Below are positions 37,502 through 48,356 of a stretch of 64,000 bases of DNA, one piece after another. This DNA comes from Candidatus Riflebacteria bacterium HGW-Riflebacteria-1. Its GTDB lineage: Bacteria; Muiribacteriota; Ozemobacteria; Ozemobacterales; Ozemobacteraceae. Both the position numbers and the translations under genes were made by a program. Each line of letters starts with the position of its first letter. The first letter of the stretch is position 1. The stretch covers positions 13,817 through 77,816 of the forward strand of contig PGYB01000011.1 in NCBI GenBank assembly GCA_002839445.1. Reading direction: 5' to 3'. The notes beneath the pieces are model-generated. The model was not told the DNA's origin, did no database searches, and saw only the letters and a list, made by a program, of their open reading frames with translations.

Positions 37502-37704
37502 AAATAACCTCCGCCCCGCATTTTCTCTATTATACAATACCTCGCACAAAGACATTTGGCCATGGATGGCCTTATGCAGTTGCGCCACAGGAGAGAAGCG
37601 CAACTGCCAAAACCGCAAAGATGAGGCAAAATTGCATCTTGAACCTTTATCAGAGGCGGTTGCAGTTAAATTCAGCAGCTGCAGACGTAAAAGAACCGGA
37701 TGGC

Positions 37705-38346
37705 TTAATAGCGATCGGCCTTGAAAAAGTCTGTGTCAGCCTGGAGCGGCATGTAGCGCCAGCGCTTGAGCTGAATGACCTTGCGATTAAACTTGATTGC
37801 ACATTCTGCGACGATTTGTGATGTGTAGGTGGCGGTAACGGTTGTTCCGTTATATATCAAAAATCGTCCCTGCGACTTGATTATGTAACTATCCGACTGA
37901 ATTACGCTGCCAATCGTGTGTGGGTAAGAGATTGCTCTGAAATGATAGGGTTTTGTGCTGCTTCCGGTATCTCCGTAATCGAAAAGGCTGAGGCTCTCAT
38001 TCAGGAAGAACCAGTCGCTACTGGTGGCGTTAGTGTAAGTGCCGGCAGAAAACGCCAGACCGATACCGTCCCAGTCTGTGCCAGCGGGCGAAGTCCTGGT
38101 AAAATATCGGCGTTGTGCAACCAGGCTCTGGTCAAACATCTGTTTCTGGCTTTGCGCCACTGTAATAACAAAATTTACCCCTGAAAACGCAGCATCGAGT
38201 GCGCGGTCTGAGTTGTCGATCATGCCCTGGACCTGCGTTTCGGTCTGCACCATCTTGATATAAGCGGTCGAGATCGAAATCAGCAAACCGAATACCAGTA
38301 TTACCATTATGGTGCCAGCCATGCCACGCGGCTCTTTTCTGTTCAT
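37705..38346 (-). CDS. PilX/GspK-like minor pilin
   Basis: RG/MAGTIMVILVFGLL N-terminus without E5; ALDAAFSG; YIIKSQG; AGGAG SD before the ATG at 38346. Confidence 0.7.
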   Translation of the reverse strand: MNRKEPRGMAGTIMVILVFGLLISISTAYIKMVQTETQVQGMIDNSDRALDAAFSGVNFVITVAQSQKQMFDQSLVAQRRYFTRTSPAGTDWDGIGLAFSAGTYTNATSSDWFFLNESLSLFDYGDTGSSTKPYHFRAISYPHTIGSVIQSDSYIIKSQGRFLIYNGTTVTATYTSQIVAECAIKFNRKVIQLKRWRYMPLQADTDFFKADRY

Positions 38347-38356
38347 CGAAAACTCC

Positions 38357-38872
38357 TTAGCCTGCGCCCGGGGCCATGAAAGTAACTGTGTCACTCGAAA
38401 TTATCCTGTATGTACCGTCTTCTTCGGGGACATCGTTTTTAAACTCCAGATGTATCTGAACTGACCATGATGACAGGCGTGTTGCCGTAAACGATGCCAC
38501 GTTACGACCCAGACGAATAGTTGCCGAAGCCGCTCCGTTTGCGTAATCCCGTCTCAGCAAATCATCAACAATGGAGATTGTATAAGTTCCCGGAACTCCC
38601 GGTATGGCATATCTGAGCATGGCAGTAGGTGTTGCATTTCCACCAGGCAGAGCGGCTGGCTGCGTTATGGAGCTGGCGCTCATCATATCAAGTCTGATAC
38701 GTTCTGTAGCCATGCGCATGTAGTTGGCGCTCGAAATCTTGCTGTAGCCATCCTGCCAGATTTCGCCGCTGTATTGAATATAACCGATTACGCTCACCAT
38801 CAGCATGGTCATGACGATTGTGGCGACAATGATCTCAGCCAGCGAAAACCCTCTTTTATCCATTTTCACCAC
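38357..38872 (-). CDS. Prepilin-type N-methylation protein (PilW/GspJ-like)
   Basis: KRG/FSLAEIIVA. Confidence 0.85.
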   Translation of the reverse strand: MVKMDKRGFSLAEIIVATIVMTMLMVSVIGYIQYSGEIWQDGYSKISSANYMRMATERIRLDMMSASSITQPAALPGGNATPTAMLRYAIPGVPGTYTISIVDDLLRRDYANGAASATIRLGRNVASFTATRLSSWSVQIHLEFKNDVPEEDGTYRIISSDTVTFMAPGAG

Positions 38873-39495
38873 AAAACCTCGCTGTCATTTTCTATATTCA
38901 CCATGTCGCCCGTGTAAGATTCAGAACTGAAAACCCCCATCGGGGTGATGATTACCTTGATTATGGAACTGCCATAGCCGAAGCCGATATACTGCTCGGC
39001 AATTGGTGCGGCGAGAGCGCTGGTGATGTCCGGATTAGTGTAAATCTGCCCGTTTGGCCAGAAGTAAAGGGTTCGTGGCAGGTTGGTTTTTATTTCGGTG
39101 CCGGTGTCGAAAGTGATTTCGTAAGCTTCGATTGCATCGAACCAGTATGTGCTGTTATAGATGCCGTCATGGTGGGTGGTTCCATCATACGTGCCGATAG
39201 GCGGGTCGTCAAACGCGCTATGTACCTGCACGCGGTATGCCGACGGCGCTACGCTTGATGGGTCAGTATCGAAAATCAGTCGATACACCGCCTGTTGCTC
39301 AATTGCCTTGTAGCGCGCCAGCCTGACGTTCTGCACAAAAATTTCACCTTCGGCTTTTACCTGCATTCCCGAAAAAAAGTTAGCCATACCCGGCAATACT
39401 ATGCTCGACACGATCGAAATGATGGCAAGCCCGGCCAGCACTTCCATCAGGCTATAACCTGATTTCGAGACGGGGCGTGCTTCGCGGCGGTTCAT
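38866..39495 (-). CDS. Prepilin-type protein (FimT/GspH-like)
   Basis: SG/YSLMEVLAGLAII; RLARYKAI; FWPNG. Confidence 0.85.
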   Translation of the reverse strand: MNRREARPVSKSGYSLMEVLAGLAIISIVSSIVLPGMANFFSGMQVKAEGEIFVQNVRLARYKAIEQQAVYRLIFDTDPSSVAPSAYRVQVHSAFDDPPIGTYDGTTHHDGIYNSTYWFDAIEAYEITFDTGTEIKTNLPRTLYFWPNGQIYTNPDITSALAAPIAEQYIGFGYGSSIIKVIITPMGVFSSESYTGDMVNIENDSEVLW

Positions 39496-39507
39496 GTTAT
39501 TACTACC

Positions 39508-42500
39508 TTATGGAGTGAATTTGAAGATCTGAGTGGTCCCATTGGTTCCGTCGGTAGTACCGCCGAACAGATAGATCGACGAACCACAGGCAACAGCGCT
39601 CAGATGTGATCGAGCAGCCGGCAGCACGGTTACATCTCTGACTACTTTTGTATCGGGGTTCCAGGCGTGTATGCCAGCCTGTCTGACGCCACCGGTCATG
39701 CCGCCGAAGATGAAGATTTCGTCGCCGAACGAGCAGACGCCGGCATAGGCGCGTCTCGGCAGGGTGGCAGAAGTTGTCTGGGTTAAGTCAAAATAGCTGG
39801 CGCTGCTGTCTGAAACAGGAGTCCAGGTATTGGCGTCAAAGTCGAATATGTCGACATTGGCCGCATTAGTCGTGCCGCCGGTGAAACCACCGATGCGGTA
39901 AACCGTTCCCTTGTGCCAGACCAGGTTATGACCGAATACTGCAGTAGCAAGGGGGCGCAAAGTGCGCGATATCCCAACATGGTAGCCGGTATTGCTCGCA
40001 AAATATCCGGTGCCGTGTGGCCAGTAGACCAGGGCCGTGGTGGTCGCAGTGACAAAGCCTTGAGGCTGCCCGCCAGCGATAATGATGCCGTATGGAGTCG
40101 TGCAGGCTGCGCCCAGGCCCATCGGCAGCGTAACAGGAACATCTGACGGGCTGTCGAGAGCGACTTTGCTCATGCCGGGCTGGTCAGCTGTAATCAGGCC
40201 GGCAGTGGTGTCGTAAAATCTCAGATTGTGTATTTTGGGGTTGTTACCGTCATGCGTCGAGTTAACCTTGAGTCGATAATAGTTGTGTTTTGAAATGTAG
40301 CTGCTGTCGATTGCATAAAGGTATTCGATCGTAGTGTTTGGAGCATTGGCTGTCGTGCCGCCATGTGCAAAGGGTAACTGGGTTACCGATGAGAAATTTT
40401 GGTCACTTGAGCCTTCAAGGCTGAAGGAATTTACCCGGCCTGCAGTGTCTCCGCATCTCATTTTTACATACCTGACGGTAGAGCCGCCCTGGGTCGAAGC
40501 CGAAATGCCGACCCAGGCGCCCGTGCTACTGGTACCCTGCCAGCAGGTGGCTTGAGATACGTCAAAAGCATAATAACCTTCATCGCCGCTGTTGGTTCCG
40601 CTTCTGTATACCTTATAAGGTGATGGTGCGGTGTCGCTTGTCATGTCAACGTGCGGTATCGGTCTGATGCCGGTCAGATAAAACCACATTTCGCGAACTG
40701 CCGGCCAGAATGGTATGCTGTCCTCGTAGCATGTAAGGGTTTTAATGCGATAATGCTGGTATGCAACGTTGTTTGCGAAGCTGTTGGGCCAGCTGGTAGA
40801 TCCCTGAGGAACTGTGCCGCTGGTCAGCAACATCCATTGTGCTTCTGTTGTTGGGGGATTTTCGTTTGAACCATGCAGCTGAAAGTTTTCGACTCCATGG
40901 ATGTTGCCTTCTTCTTCGGTGAAGTTATTATTGATAACAATTTTGTTAACTACGGTTCGCAGCGAAGTCGAGCCATAATTGTATATAGCCCAGATATTGC
41001 TCCAGGGCTCGCCGGCCGTTGTGTAGTTTTGCCAGCCACTGCTGCCGGTGACGCCGTCAAACATTCTCCAGGTATTATAACCGCCGCCGGTATTTGTGTG
41101 CCCGGAGTCAGAGATTAAAATTGGCGTTGGCTGAGGATTCTGGTTATACGAAACCTGAAGTTCGCCGAGACCTACGCTGGCTTCGTCGTAAGAAGTCAGG
41201 AGTTCTCCTGAAACACTGTTGTATCGCTGTACCCAGTCTGACTTGGTAGTAGTACTGGTGGTGGTGATGCCCTGAAAAGAATAAATCATGTTGTCATAAG
41301 CTGCAACTGAGTTGAATTTAACCCCCAGGTTCAGGTTAGACACCGTGTTGGAAACATTGGTTGCCGGATTGTAACAGTAGATGTTGGTTACAGGAGCATT
41401 GTTTATGACTGAGGTGCCGCCCATGATGTAAATACCGCCGGCGCCAAGGGCGGCATTGTTGTTGCCGACCATGCCGGCTGGCAGGCTGCCTATTGCCACC
41501 AGCGATCCGCTGGCCAGCGTCGATTTGTAAGTGGTGAACGGTTTGGCGGCCAGGGAAAATACCGGGAGTTTCGCAGTTACGCTGGCAATCAGCCGGCCGA
41601 AGCCAGTCGAGGGTGTTTTGTCAGTACCATCGAAAAAGCTGTCGAGAGGGTTGCCGATGTCTGTGACATACAATGTTTTGTCAGAACCCCCGGATGCAAA
41701 GATGAGCTTCTGGCTGTCAGGGCTTACTACCAGCTGTTGGCTGGCAACGGTAGAGGCAGCGTTGTTGACAATCCTGGTAAGACTCTGGCCTGGTTTCAGT
41801 GCCCAGACTTTGGCACCCGTGGCGTCGAGAACGAACAGTATCGGGTTGGCCACGTCGCGTGAAAATGCCAGTGCGTTACCGTAGGCGCTGCAACCGGTAA
41901 TGTTGTAAGACCTGAGAAAGGTCGGCTTGAAGTTGAACGGCCTGGTGGTTTCGGAGGAGATGGCTGTCCAGCCGGTCAGAAAAACGTTTCTTGACTCTGC
42001 TGCTCCGGAGTTCGTTGTTCCTGCCGGTGAAGCACCGACGTTTGTGTGAGTGAAAATTCCCTGCCTTATATTGCCGCCATTGGTGTTGAACTCGAGCTGA
42101 ACGAGGCTGGCGGTGTAGGAACTCTGCGAATAGGCAACGCTTGTGCTGCCGGCGCTGCTGGCATCAAGCCTTTCTAACCAGTAGTTGTGGTTGATCAGTA
42201 ATCTGGAGTAGTCCTGGTTGTAGATGGCAAGGGTGCCGACATCTAAAGTCGGGGCGAAATAACCGAAAACTCTGCGGTTGGAGTCGCGCTTGGCCGTATT
42301 GACCCCGGCTGAGACAGAGACGCCGGTGTCGAGATCAAAATTGCCGGGGTAATTTCTGAAACCGGTCCAGGACTCGTTGCAGGTCAAAGCCGCCTTGATA
42401 CTGATGCCGCTGCCGGTAAAGACACAGCTGCTGATGACATTGTTAAAATTCCAGTAGACGTCGTTGCCGACACGATAATCCGATATCCAGCCTTTCAGCT

Positions 42501-44934
42501 GTGTTTCATGGCCGAAGTTGTTGCCGCCAAAGTCATACAGATGAACCTTGTTGGGTAATGGATCCCTGGCCTCGATGGCAAGAAAACCTTCGCATGGGCT
42601 GATTGCGATGTTCTGGGCGTAGCGCGGCGGGAAGTTGTTGAAATCGCTGGTCAACCAGCGCGCGAACGGCGCGTATTTGCCTTTGTCGGTGCCCCATTTA
42701 ATTTTGCCGATCCATTCGAGCATGGCGTTGCCGTCGGCTCTTGCGTAAAGCACGAGAAAGCCGCCATTCGGCATGCCGATCAGGTCTTTTCGCTGCCAGG
42801 CCGTGTCCAGATCGATATCAATGCCGATACCGGAGGGGCGCGGCGCGTGGGGTGCCCAAAATGCATTGCTGCCGGTGACTTCGAGAGAAGCGAAAAAGTC
42901 GTCTATGTTGAAACTGGCTGCATATTCAGACAGTGTGTCGTCATCATTAGAATATGCGAGCGCGCGGCCGGCGGCAGTACCCTGATTCGTGCTGATTGTG
43001 GTGTCGGTAACCAGGTTAAAGGTGTCGAGGCCGGTGGCGTTAGATCCAAAACCGACTTTAAGGCGGTTGCCCTGCGGGGAAATGGCAAGAGCAGCCGGTT
43101 TGGCGCGCAAGTCGGTTGCTTTGTTGACGTCGAGTTTGAGAGTGCCGAGGTCGAGAAATTCGACAGTATGTTTGCTGCTGTTGTCGCTGCTGCCGATTGC
43201 CAGGTATTCTGACGGGCGCGAAACCATGTCGGCCGCCGGTTTTTTTGTGCTGTCGTAGTCGAGAATGTTATCGCCCGGAACGGCTAGAACGCTTTGTGCC
43301 GCCAGTTCGCCAATGTTGGCAAAATACATTTCGGGCTTATCTTTATGGGTAAACATAGCGGTATTGCCTGTCGGGGCGATAACTGCAAGGTCGGCTTTCA
43401 TTTTGTAGCCTGGGTGTGCCCGGTAAGTCGGTATGGCACCAGCTCCAGTCGGGTTGTTGGCAAAAATAATGCTGCTGATCGTCGCCAGTCGTAGACCGCC
43501 GGTGACGTCATCGACTTTGTCGGTCATCATCAAGTATCTTGAATCTGGCGAGACAATCATGTCTCTGAACTTGTCAGCGGACACGAATTCTGCAACGCCA
43601 ATCTTTCGCAGTGGCGATGACGAATATTGGGCGACCTTTTTGTTATCGCCGACAATGTAGACCCACTTGCCGTCGAACGAGGTTGCAACGGTGCTTACTG
43701 CGTCTCCTCCCATGGGTGCGAGCATCTGTTCAAAACGCCAGGTGGTGAACGAATCCTGGTCGGGATACATGGGAAACCTGATTACGTTTTTCTTGTCTTT
43801 TATCGCGAGATAAAGATAGCCATCATTACCAGCTATAAGGTCAGTGAACACGGCGCTGTCTGTATCAGAATTACCTTCGTTCTTTACGTCAAAGCTCCTC
43901 ACCAGACTGACTGTTGGTGGCCAGATATGGGTCGCTGTGCCAACATCTATTCCATACACATAGAGAAACTTGTTGCTGTGACTTGTTACAAAAAAGAACT
44001 TGCCGTCAGGTCTGAACACAAAGCCACGATCTTCTTCGGCCTTGGTAGCATCTGCTTCCTTGATGTCGGCATATTTGCCGCCTGCTACCGGATGAGTGGT
44101 GACCACTGTGGTGTCTCGATAATTCGGATGTGACTGGTCTACGTTGATCATGCGTATGGTGCTTTCACACTGTGCACCGACAACCCGGCGGGTCGGGTGG
44201 ATATCTATGTTCCACGGTCGATTAGGGTTCTGTTCCGCTTTTTCGATCCCTTTCGATAGGTCTGCCAGAGGTATGCTGAAAGTTTCGGCTATGCTTCTGG
44301 TAGTGGGGTCGACTGCGAGAACTTTCAGCATGTTGGAGTTTGCCACCCATATATAATTGTCTCCGAATGTCGGAATATTGAGCAGTGACATGTAACTGAT
44401 CGAATCGGTTGCGATGACGGAACTGCTTTCGAGCAGCTCGGCTTTAACTACTAGAGCTTTAAGTCCCTTGGGCGACATCAGGTATGACGAATCAATAATC
44501 AGATTGTTCGTAGTCGTCGCTATGGTTACGTTTTCCTTGACCTCTGTGCTGACTTTGTATGTGAACATGATGTCATTGAGATCGAAAATACCGGTTTCTT
44601 CTGTAAAACTGGCCATAGTGCCAGAGTCTGTTGCCAGATAACTGTCTACTGATTTGTAATTGATCGGATCCAATGAATCCTTGAATACATAATGATAGGA
44701 TGTGGAGGGGTTAATAGCGGTATGGGAGAACGCCCCGGCAGAAAGTTCCTGATTCAATCGCGATCGTGCGAGCATACGCAATTTTTCGCGGTGGTTGAAA
44801 TTCTCGGTATGTCTGATCCCGCCCTGCATTGTACCAACGATCGGCATGATACAGTAGCCTGCAATTACTGTGGCCACAAGAATTTCAGCCAAGGTAAAAC
44901 CGCGACGCTTCAAATACAGAAATAGTCTGTACAT
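39508..44934 (-). CDS. Giant prepilin-motif adhesin with beta-propeller, discoidin-like and Kelch repeats
   Basis: RRG/FTLAEILVA; YVTN-like repeats (PDGK, SPDS); Kelch GG motifs; two MFDG/AFD..YR-type domains. Confidence 0.85.
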   Translation of the reverse strand: MYRLFLYLKRRGFTLAEILVATVIAGYCIMPIVGTMQGGIRHTENFNHREKLRMLARSRLNQELSAGAFSHTAINPSTSYHYVFKDSLDPINYKSVDSYLATDSGTMASFTEETGIFDLNDIMFTYKVSTEVKENVTIATTTNNLIIDSSYLMSPKGLKALVVKAELLESSSVIATDSISYMSLLNIPTFGDNYIWVANSNMLKVLAVDPTTRSIAETFSIPLADLSKGIEKAEQNPNRPWNIDIHPTRRVVGAQCESTIRMINVDQSHPNYRDTTVVTTHPVAGGKYADIKEADATKAEEDRGFVFRPDGKFFFVTSHSNKFLYVYGIDVGTATHIWPPTVSLVRSFDVKNEGNSDTDSAVFTDLIAGNDGYLYLAIKDKKNVIRFPMYPDQDSFTTWRFEQMLAPMGGDAVSTVATSFDGKWVYIVGDNKKVAQYSSSPLRKIGVAEFVSADKFRDMIVSPDSRYLMMTDKVDDVTGGLRLATISSIIFANNPTGAGAIPTYRAHPGYKMKADLAVIAPTGNTAMFTHKDKPEMYFANIGELAAQSVLAVPGDNILDYDSTKKPAADMVSRPSEYLAIGSSDNSSKHTVEFLDLGTLKLDVNKATDLRAKPAALAISPQGNRLKVGFGSNATGLDTFNLVTDTTISTNQGTAAGRALAYSNDDDTLSEYAASFNIDDFFASLEVTGSNAFWAPHAPRPSGIGIDIDLDTAWQRKDLIGMPNGGFLVLYARADGNAMLEWIGKIKWGTDKGKYAPFARWLTSDFNNFPPRYAQNIAISPCEGFLAIEARDPLPNKVHLYDFGGNNFGHETQLKGWISDYRVGNDVYWNFNNVISSCVFTGSGISIKAALTCNESWTGFRNYPGNFDLDTGVSVSAGVNTAKRDSNRRVFGYFAPTLDVGTLAIYNQDYSRLLINHNYWLERLDASSAGSTSVAYSQSSYTASLVQLEFNTNGGNIRQGIFTHTNVGASPAGTTNSGAAESRNVFLTGWTAISSETTRPFNFKPTFLRSYNITGCSAYGNALAFSRDVANPILFVLDATGAKVWALKPGQSLTRIVNNAASTVASQQLVVSPDSQKLIFASGGSDKTLYVTDIGNPLDSFFDGTDKTPSTGFGRLIASVTAKLPVFSLAAKPFTTYKSTLASGSLVAIGSLPAGMVGNNNAALGAGGIYIMGGTSVINNAPVTNIYCYNPATNVSNTVSNLNLGVKFNSVAAYDNMIYSFQGITTTSTTTKSDWVQRYNSVSGELLTSYDEASVGLGELQVSYNQNPQPTPILISDSGHTNTGGGYNTWRMFDGVTGSSGWQNYTTAGEPWSNIWAIYNYGSTSLRTVVNKIVINNNFTEEEGNIHGVENFQLHGSNENPPTTEAQWMLLTSGTVPQGSTSWPNSFANNVAYQHYRIKTLTCYEDSIPFWPAVREMWFYLTGIRPIPHVDMTSDTAPSPYKVYRSGTNSGDEGYYAFDVSQATCWQGTSSTGAWVGISASTQGGSTVRYVKMRCGDTAGRVNSFSLEGSSDQNFSSVTQLPFAHGGTTANAPNTTIEYLYAIDSSYISKHNYYRLKVNSTHDGNNPKIHNLRFYDTTAGLITADQPGMSKVALDSPSDVPVTLPMGLGAACTTPYGIIIAGGQPQGFVTATTTALVYWPHGTGYFASNTGYHVGISRTLRPLATAVFGHNLVWHKGTVYRIGGFTGGTTNAANVDIFDFDANTWTPVSDSSASYFDLTQTTSATLPRRAYAGVCSFGDEIFIFGGMTGGVRQAGIHAWNPDTKVVRDVTVLPAARSHLSAVACGSSIYLFGGTTDGTNGTTQIFKFTP

Positions 44935-45105
44935 ATCTGACCTCTTTCATCTACAAAGCAACAGTCATGCCATCGTTAAGCAGGTTTTCAGCAGGCATGA
45001 CTCAACCGGTTTTGAGCACAAGAAGCCGCTATTCTTCTCTTTTAATTCTACACGCTATCAGGATCAATAGGTGAATTTTTTTACAGCTGCAGATTTTTTT
45101 TACAC

Positions 45106-47394
45106 TCAACGCCGGAATGGTTGCAAAAGAGAATACAGGCTTGAATAACTGTCGGTCCATACTTTTCCGGCAGCGATATTGTTTCTTAAGTTTTGCCAGT
45201 CAATATATTCGCACTTTTTGAGCTCTGTCGCTACCTGTAGCGACTCTGTTAAAACGACATATTCAGTCACGCTGCGCCCGAAATTCCCAGGATCATTCTG
45301 GTCGAATACTCTGTCTAGACTGTAAAGCCCATATAGACTTAACTGGTTCGCCAGCGCTGCAAGCATGGGTTTTAAATCCAGGTAGCGGTTGGCAATGTTG
45401 ATTACAATAACCCCATCTGGTTTCAATCTGGAAAAATACATCCTCATGGCCTCAAGAGTCATCAGATGTACCGGGATTGAATCAGAAGAAAATGCGTCGA
45501 GAAATATCATGTCATAATAAGCTTCCTGCGACTTTTCGATCATGCGGCGGCCATCACCGCATACAATACGGCTACGCCCTTTAAAGGTCGCCAGATACGA
45601 AAAGTAATCGGTATTGTTCGCTATTTTTATGACCTGTGGGTCGATTTCATAAAAAGTGAACTCATTTCCCGGCTTTGAATAGGCAAGGAGTGAACCAATG
45701 CCGAGACCTAGAATTCCTGCCTTTAAATCAGGCTTGTGTGAAAACAGCTGTCGAAAGGCACTGCCAACCGGACCATTTCTGTGATAATAATCGAGCGGGT
45801 CGAACATCGACTCCAGATTCAGACTCTGCCTGCCGTGCACTGTAGAACCGTATATCAGAGATACCATCTGGTCTTCAATACTAAGTCTGACATCCTTTAT
45901 TCCGAAAAAATTTCTCATGCTGCACAGTTTTATTGGAGCATTTCCTGTCTGCCAGATAGTTGTGAGAACAAGACAAACCATGGTGAACATCGCAAGATTT
46001 ATTCTAGGGAGTTTTCGCAGAGTGAGCAGAGGTAAAATTGTGACCAGAATCATAGCAAGTGTTTTACAGGAATTCTGCTTTTCGATAAGAAATAGCACAG
46101 TAGTTCTCAGAAAGCCGATTTCCGGGTTTATTCCAATGTTATGAGCGTTGTGCTGAAGAAATTTAGCAAAGCCAATCGACTCGATGGCGGCAAACATTGC
46201 GGCAGCATAAGTTCCCATTATGACCGTAAGCACCAGGCTTTCATCAGGTCTTTCTTCCGTTTTGTCGGCAGCTTCTGCCAGCGTGAAGTGCCTGGTAAGA
46301 TAGCATGAGAGAATTATCAGGATTGGATATTCGGCGGAACTGGTAAACAGTAACGGCGCTATGAAGCTGATCAGTAGGCTTCCGACTGCTCCTCCAAGAG
46401 AAATATTCGCGTAAAACAAGGTCAGGTGTCTTACTGACGGCCTGTTTCTGGCAAGGTATGTGTGGCAATAGAGCGAAATGGTGAAGAGAATTGCAAGATG
46501 AAGTGGTGCAGCCACCCATAGGTTGGTATTGAGCTTGTAGTAAGCGACAGGGAATACCATGACAGCCGCAAAAAATAGTTTTTTGATGTGCGCCGGGGCA
46601 AGGTTCCAGGTGCTGAAAGCCATTACATAGGTCAGCAGATAGATTGCCAGCGGAATTATCCACAGAAGAGGAACCGGAGAAATGTCAGCGGTTATGAACT
46701 GGGTCGCTGCCAACAGCAGTGCCGATGGGAACAGCGCTGCCACCAGCCATTTGAGCATGGTTTCGTAGCTCGGCGCCTGGTCTGTAGATTCTATTTCGGC
46801 TGTATCAGCAGTTTCCGATTTGACGGTGAGTCGGCAGGCAACCAGCATTACTATGAGCAGGGCAAATCCGCCCGACCATATTTTTGCCTGGACAGCCAGA
46901 TCGAAAGATGGTTCAACCAGCGTTGGATAAAGCAATAGCGCGGCAAAACTGCCGAGATTGCTGGCGGCGAAAAGAAAATAGGGGTTGTCAGCTTTTTGAT
47001 GCCCGGTGCGGCTGAACCAGAACTGAAGAAGTGGTGAAAGGGCTGTCAGCACAAAAAATGGTAATCCTGCACTTTTGAAAAGCCTGACGATCAGCCACAG
47101 CGAAGGATCTTCCGGAACTGTGGCCGCGCGGTCAAAAGAAATCGGCAGCAGAATCAATGCGCCAACCATAAGCAGCAGATGAGTTAATGCCTGCCGGTAC
47201 AGCCCGAGCCGTCGCAGCGAAAAATGCGCGTAACCATAGCCCGCCAGCATCAGCGCTTGAAAGAAAAACAGGCAGCTGTTCCAGGCCGCCGGCGCGCCGC
47301 CAACCAGCGGCAGAATCATCTTGCCGATCATCGGCTGCACCAGAAAAATAAGAAACGCCGACAAAAACACCGTCGCCGAATATAAAACCAGCAA
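45106..47394 (-). CDS. Fused membrane/spermidine synthase-like SAM-dependent protein
   Basis: Multiple TMs, PYFLFAASNLGS, HGRQ, LGLGIG, YEIDP, DAFSSDSIPVHLMT, WTDSYS. Confidence 0.9.
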   Translation of the reverse strand: MLVLYSATVFLSAFLIFLVQPMIGKMILPLVGGAPAAWNSCLFFFQALMLAGYGYAHFSLRRLGLYRQALTHLLLMVGALILLPISFDRAATVPEDPSLWLIVRLFKSAGLPFFVLTALSPLLQFWFSRTGHQKADNPYFLFAASNLGSFAALLLYPTLVEPSFDLAVQAKIWSGGFALLIVMLVACRLTVKSETADTAEIESTDQAPSYETMLKWLVAALFPSALLLAATQFITADISPVPLLWIIPLAIYLLTYVMAFSTWNLAPAHIKKLFFAAVMVFPVAYYKLNTNLWVAAPLHLAILFTISLYCHTYLARNRPSVRHLTLFYANISLGGAVGSLLISFIAPLLFTSSAEYPILIILSCYLTRHFTLAEAADKTEERPDESLVLTVIMGTYAAAMFAAIESIGFAKFLQHNAHNIGINPEIGFLRTTVLFLIEKQNSCKTLAMILVTILPLLTLRKLPRINLAMFTMVCLVLTTIWQTGNAPIKLCSMRNFFGIKDVRLSIEDQMVSLIYGSTVHGRQSLNLESMFDPLDYYHRNGPVGSAFRQLFSHKPDLKAGILGLGIGSLLAYSKPGNEFTFYEIDPQVIKIANNTDYFSYLATFKGRSRIVCGDGRRMIEKSQEAYYDMIFLDAFSSDSIPVHLMTLEAMRMYFSRLKPDGVIVINIANRYLDLKPMLAALANQLSLYGLYSLDRVFDQNDPGNFGRSVTEYVVLTESLQVATELKKCEYIDWQNLRNNIAAGKVWTDSYSSLYSLLQPFRR

Positions 47395-47654
47395 ATCGTC
47401 AGCCCCTTATCAATCGTTAGTCATTGCGACTGCGAGGTGCAGCCGAAGCAGGAAGCAATCCCATTGTCTCGTCATTGCTGCAATAACTTCTGAGTCTCAA
47501 TGATAAAAGTTTTTCCGGCCGCATGCAATGACAATAAAAATCGCGCACGAAGCCACAAAGGCACGAAGAACGAATCCGAGACTGTCGCCGATTAACGCAG
47601 ATTAAATTTTGAGTTGCAGCGTCCGTGACATACGTTCTGCGCGCAGGACGGCTA

Positions 47655-47920
47655 ATTCTTCTCAGGGTCTCAGGGTCTCCGCGCCTCCGCGCGAGACTCT
47701 TCGGCTGCTAACTTAAAATCCTCTCTGAATCTCTGCGACTCTGCGTGAGACTCTTCGGCTGCTAACCTGAAAATTTTCTCTGCGTCTTTGTGCCTTCGTG
47801 CGAGCCTCTTCGGTTGCTTAACTAAAATTCTTCTCTGTGTCTCTGCGGCTTCGTGCGAGGCTCTTCGGCTGATAAACTAAAATTCTTCTCTGTGCCTCCG
47901 CGGCTTCGTGCGAGAATCTT
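47655..47920. repeat. Five degenerate ~55-bp tandem repeats, plus an inverted partial copy at ~47541-47570
   Basis: CTCTTCGG anchors at 47697, 47751, 47806 and 47861. Confidence 0.85.
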
Positions 47921-48356
47921 ACTCCTCAGACCTGTTCGTGTTTTTTTCGAGGTGGGCGGCGATCATCTGCCACATTGCCACGAAAAACGCCTGGTTCTGC
48001 AGTTCGGGCTCGATGCGCTTGTGCACGGCGTTGACCGGCATGACGATGCTGCCGGTGGTTTCGTCGAGTAGAGCGGTTTCGTTGCCATGGCGGTCTTCAA
48101 TGCGGCACCAGCTGAATCTGAACTGCTTGTGCAGCAGTTCGCCAAATAGGCTGCCAAGACCGCTGGCTATCTCGTCAGCGCTGAACTTTCGAGCGCTTTC
48201 TGGCGAACTGGCCCACAGCGCAAAGACCTGATCAAGCGCCGCGGCATCGATCGCTTTTTCCTTAAGATAAAAGGTGCATATCGCTCGGCCGCGCTCAAGG
48301 CTCTGCGAGAGCCACTGCCGGTCAGCGTTGCTGAACTGATGAATTTGTGTCTGCAT
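47919..48356 (-). CDS. DUF3806-like protein
   Basis: LGSLFGELL, WCRIEDRHGNETAL, PVNAVHKR. Confidence 0.6.
   Translation of the reverse strand: MQTQIHQFSNADRQWLSQSLERGRAICTFYLKEKAIDAAALDQVFALWASSPESARKFSADEIASGLGSLFGELLHKQFRFSWCRIEDRHGNETALLDETTGSIVMPVNAVHKRIEPELQNQAFFVAMWQMIAAHLEKNTNRSEE

Noticed and set aside
47415..47490. GTCATTGCGA...GAAGCAATC REP-like fragment
   Set aside because: Single degenerate copy; too little support
47655..47920. CRISPR array for the I-E system
   Set aside because: Degenerate contiguous repeats without unique spacers; no array was seen anywhere in the window
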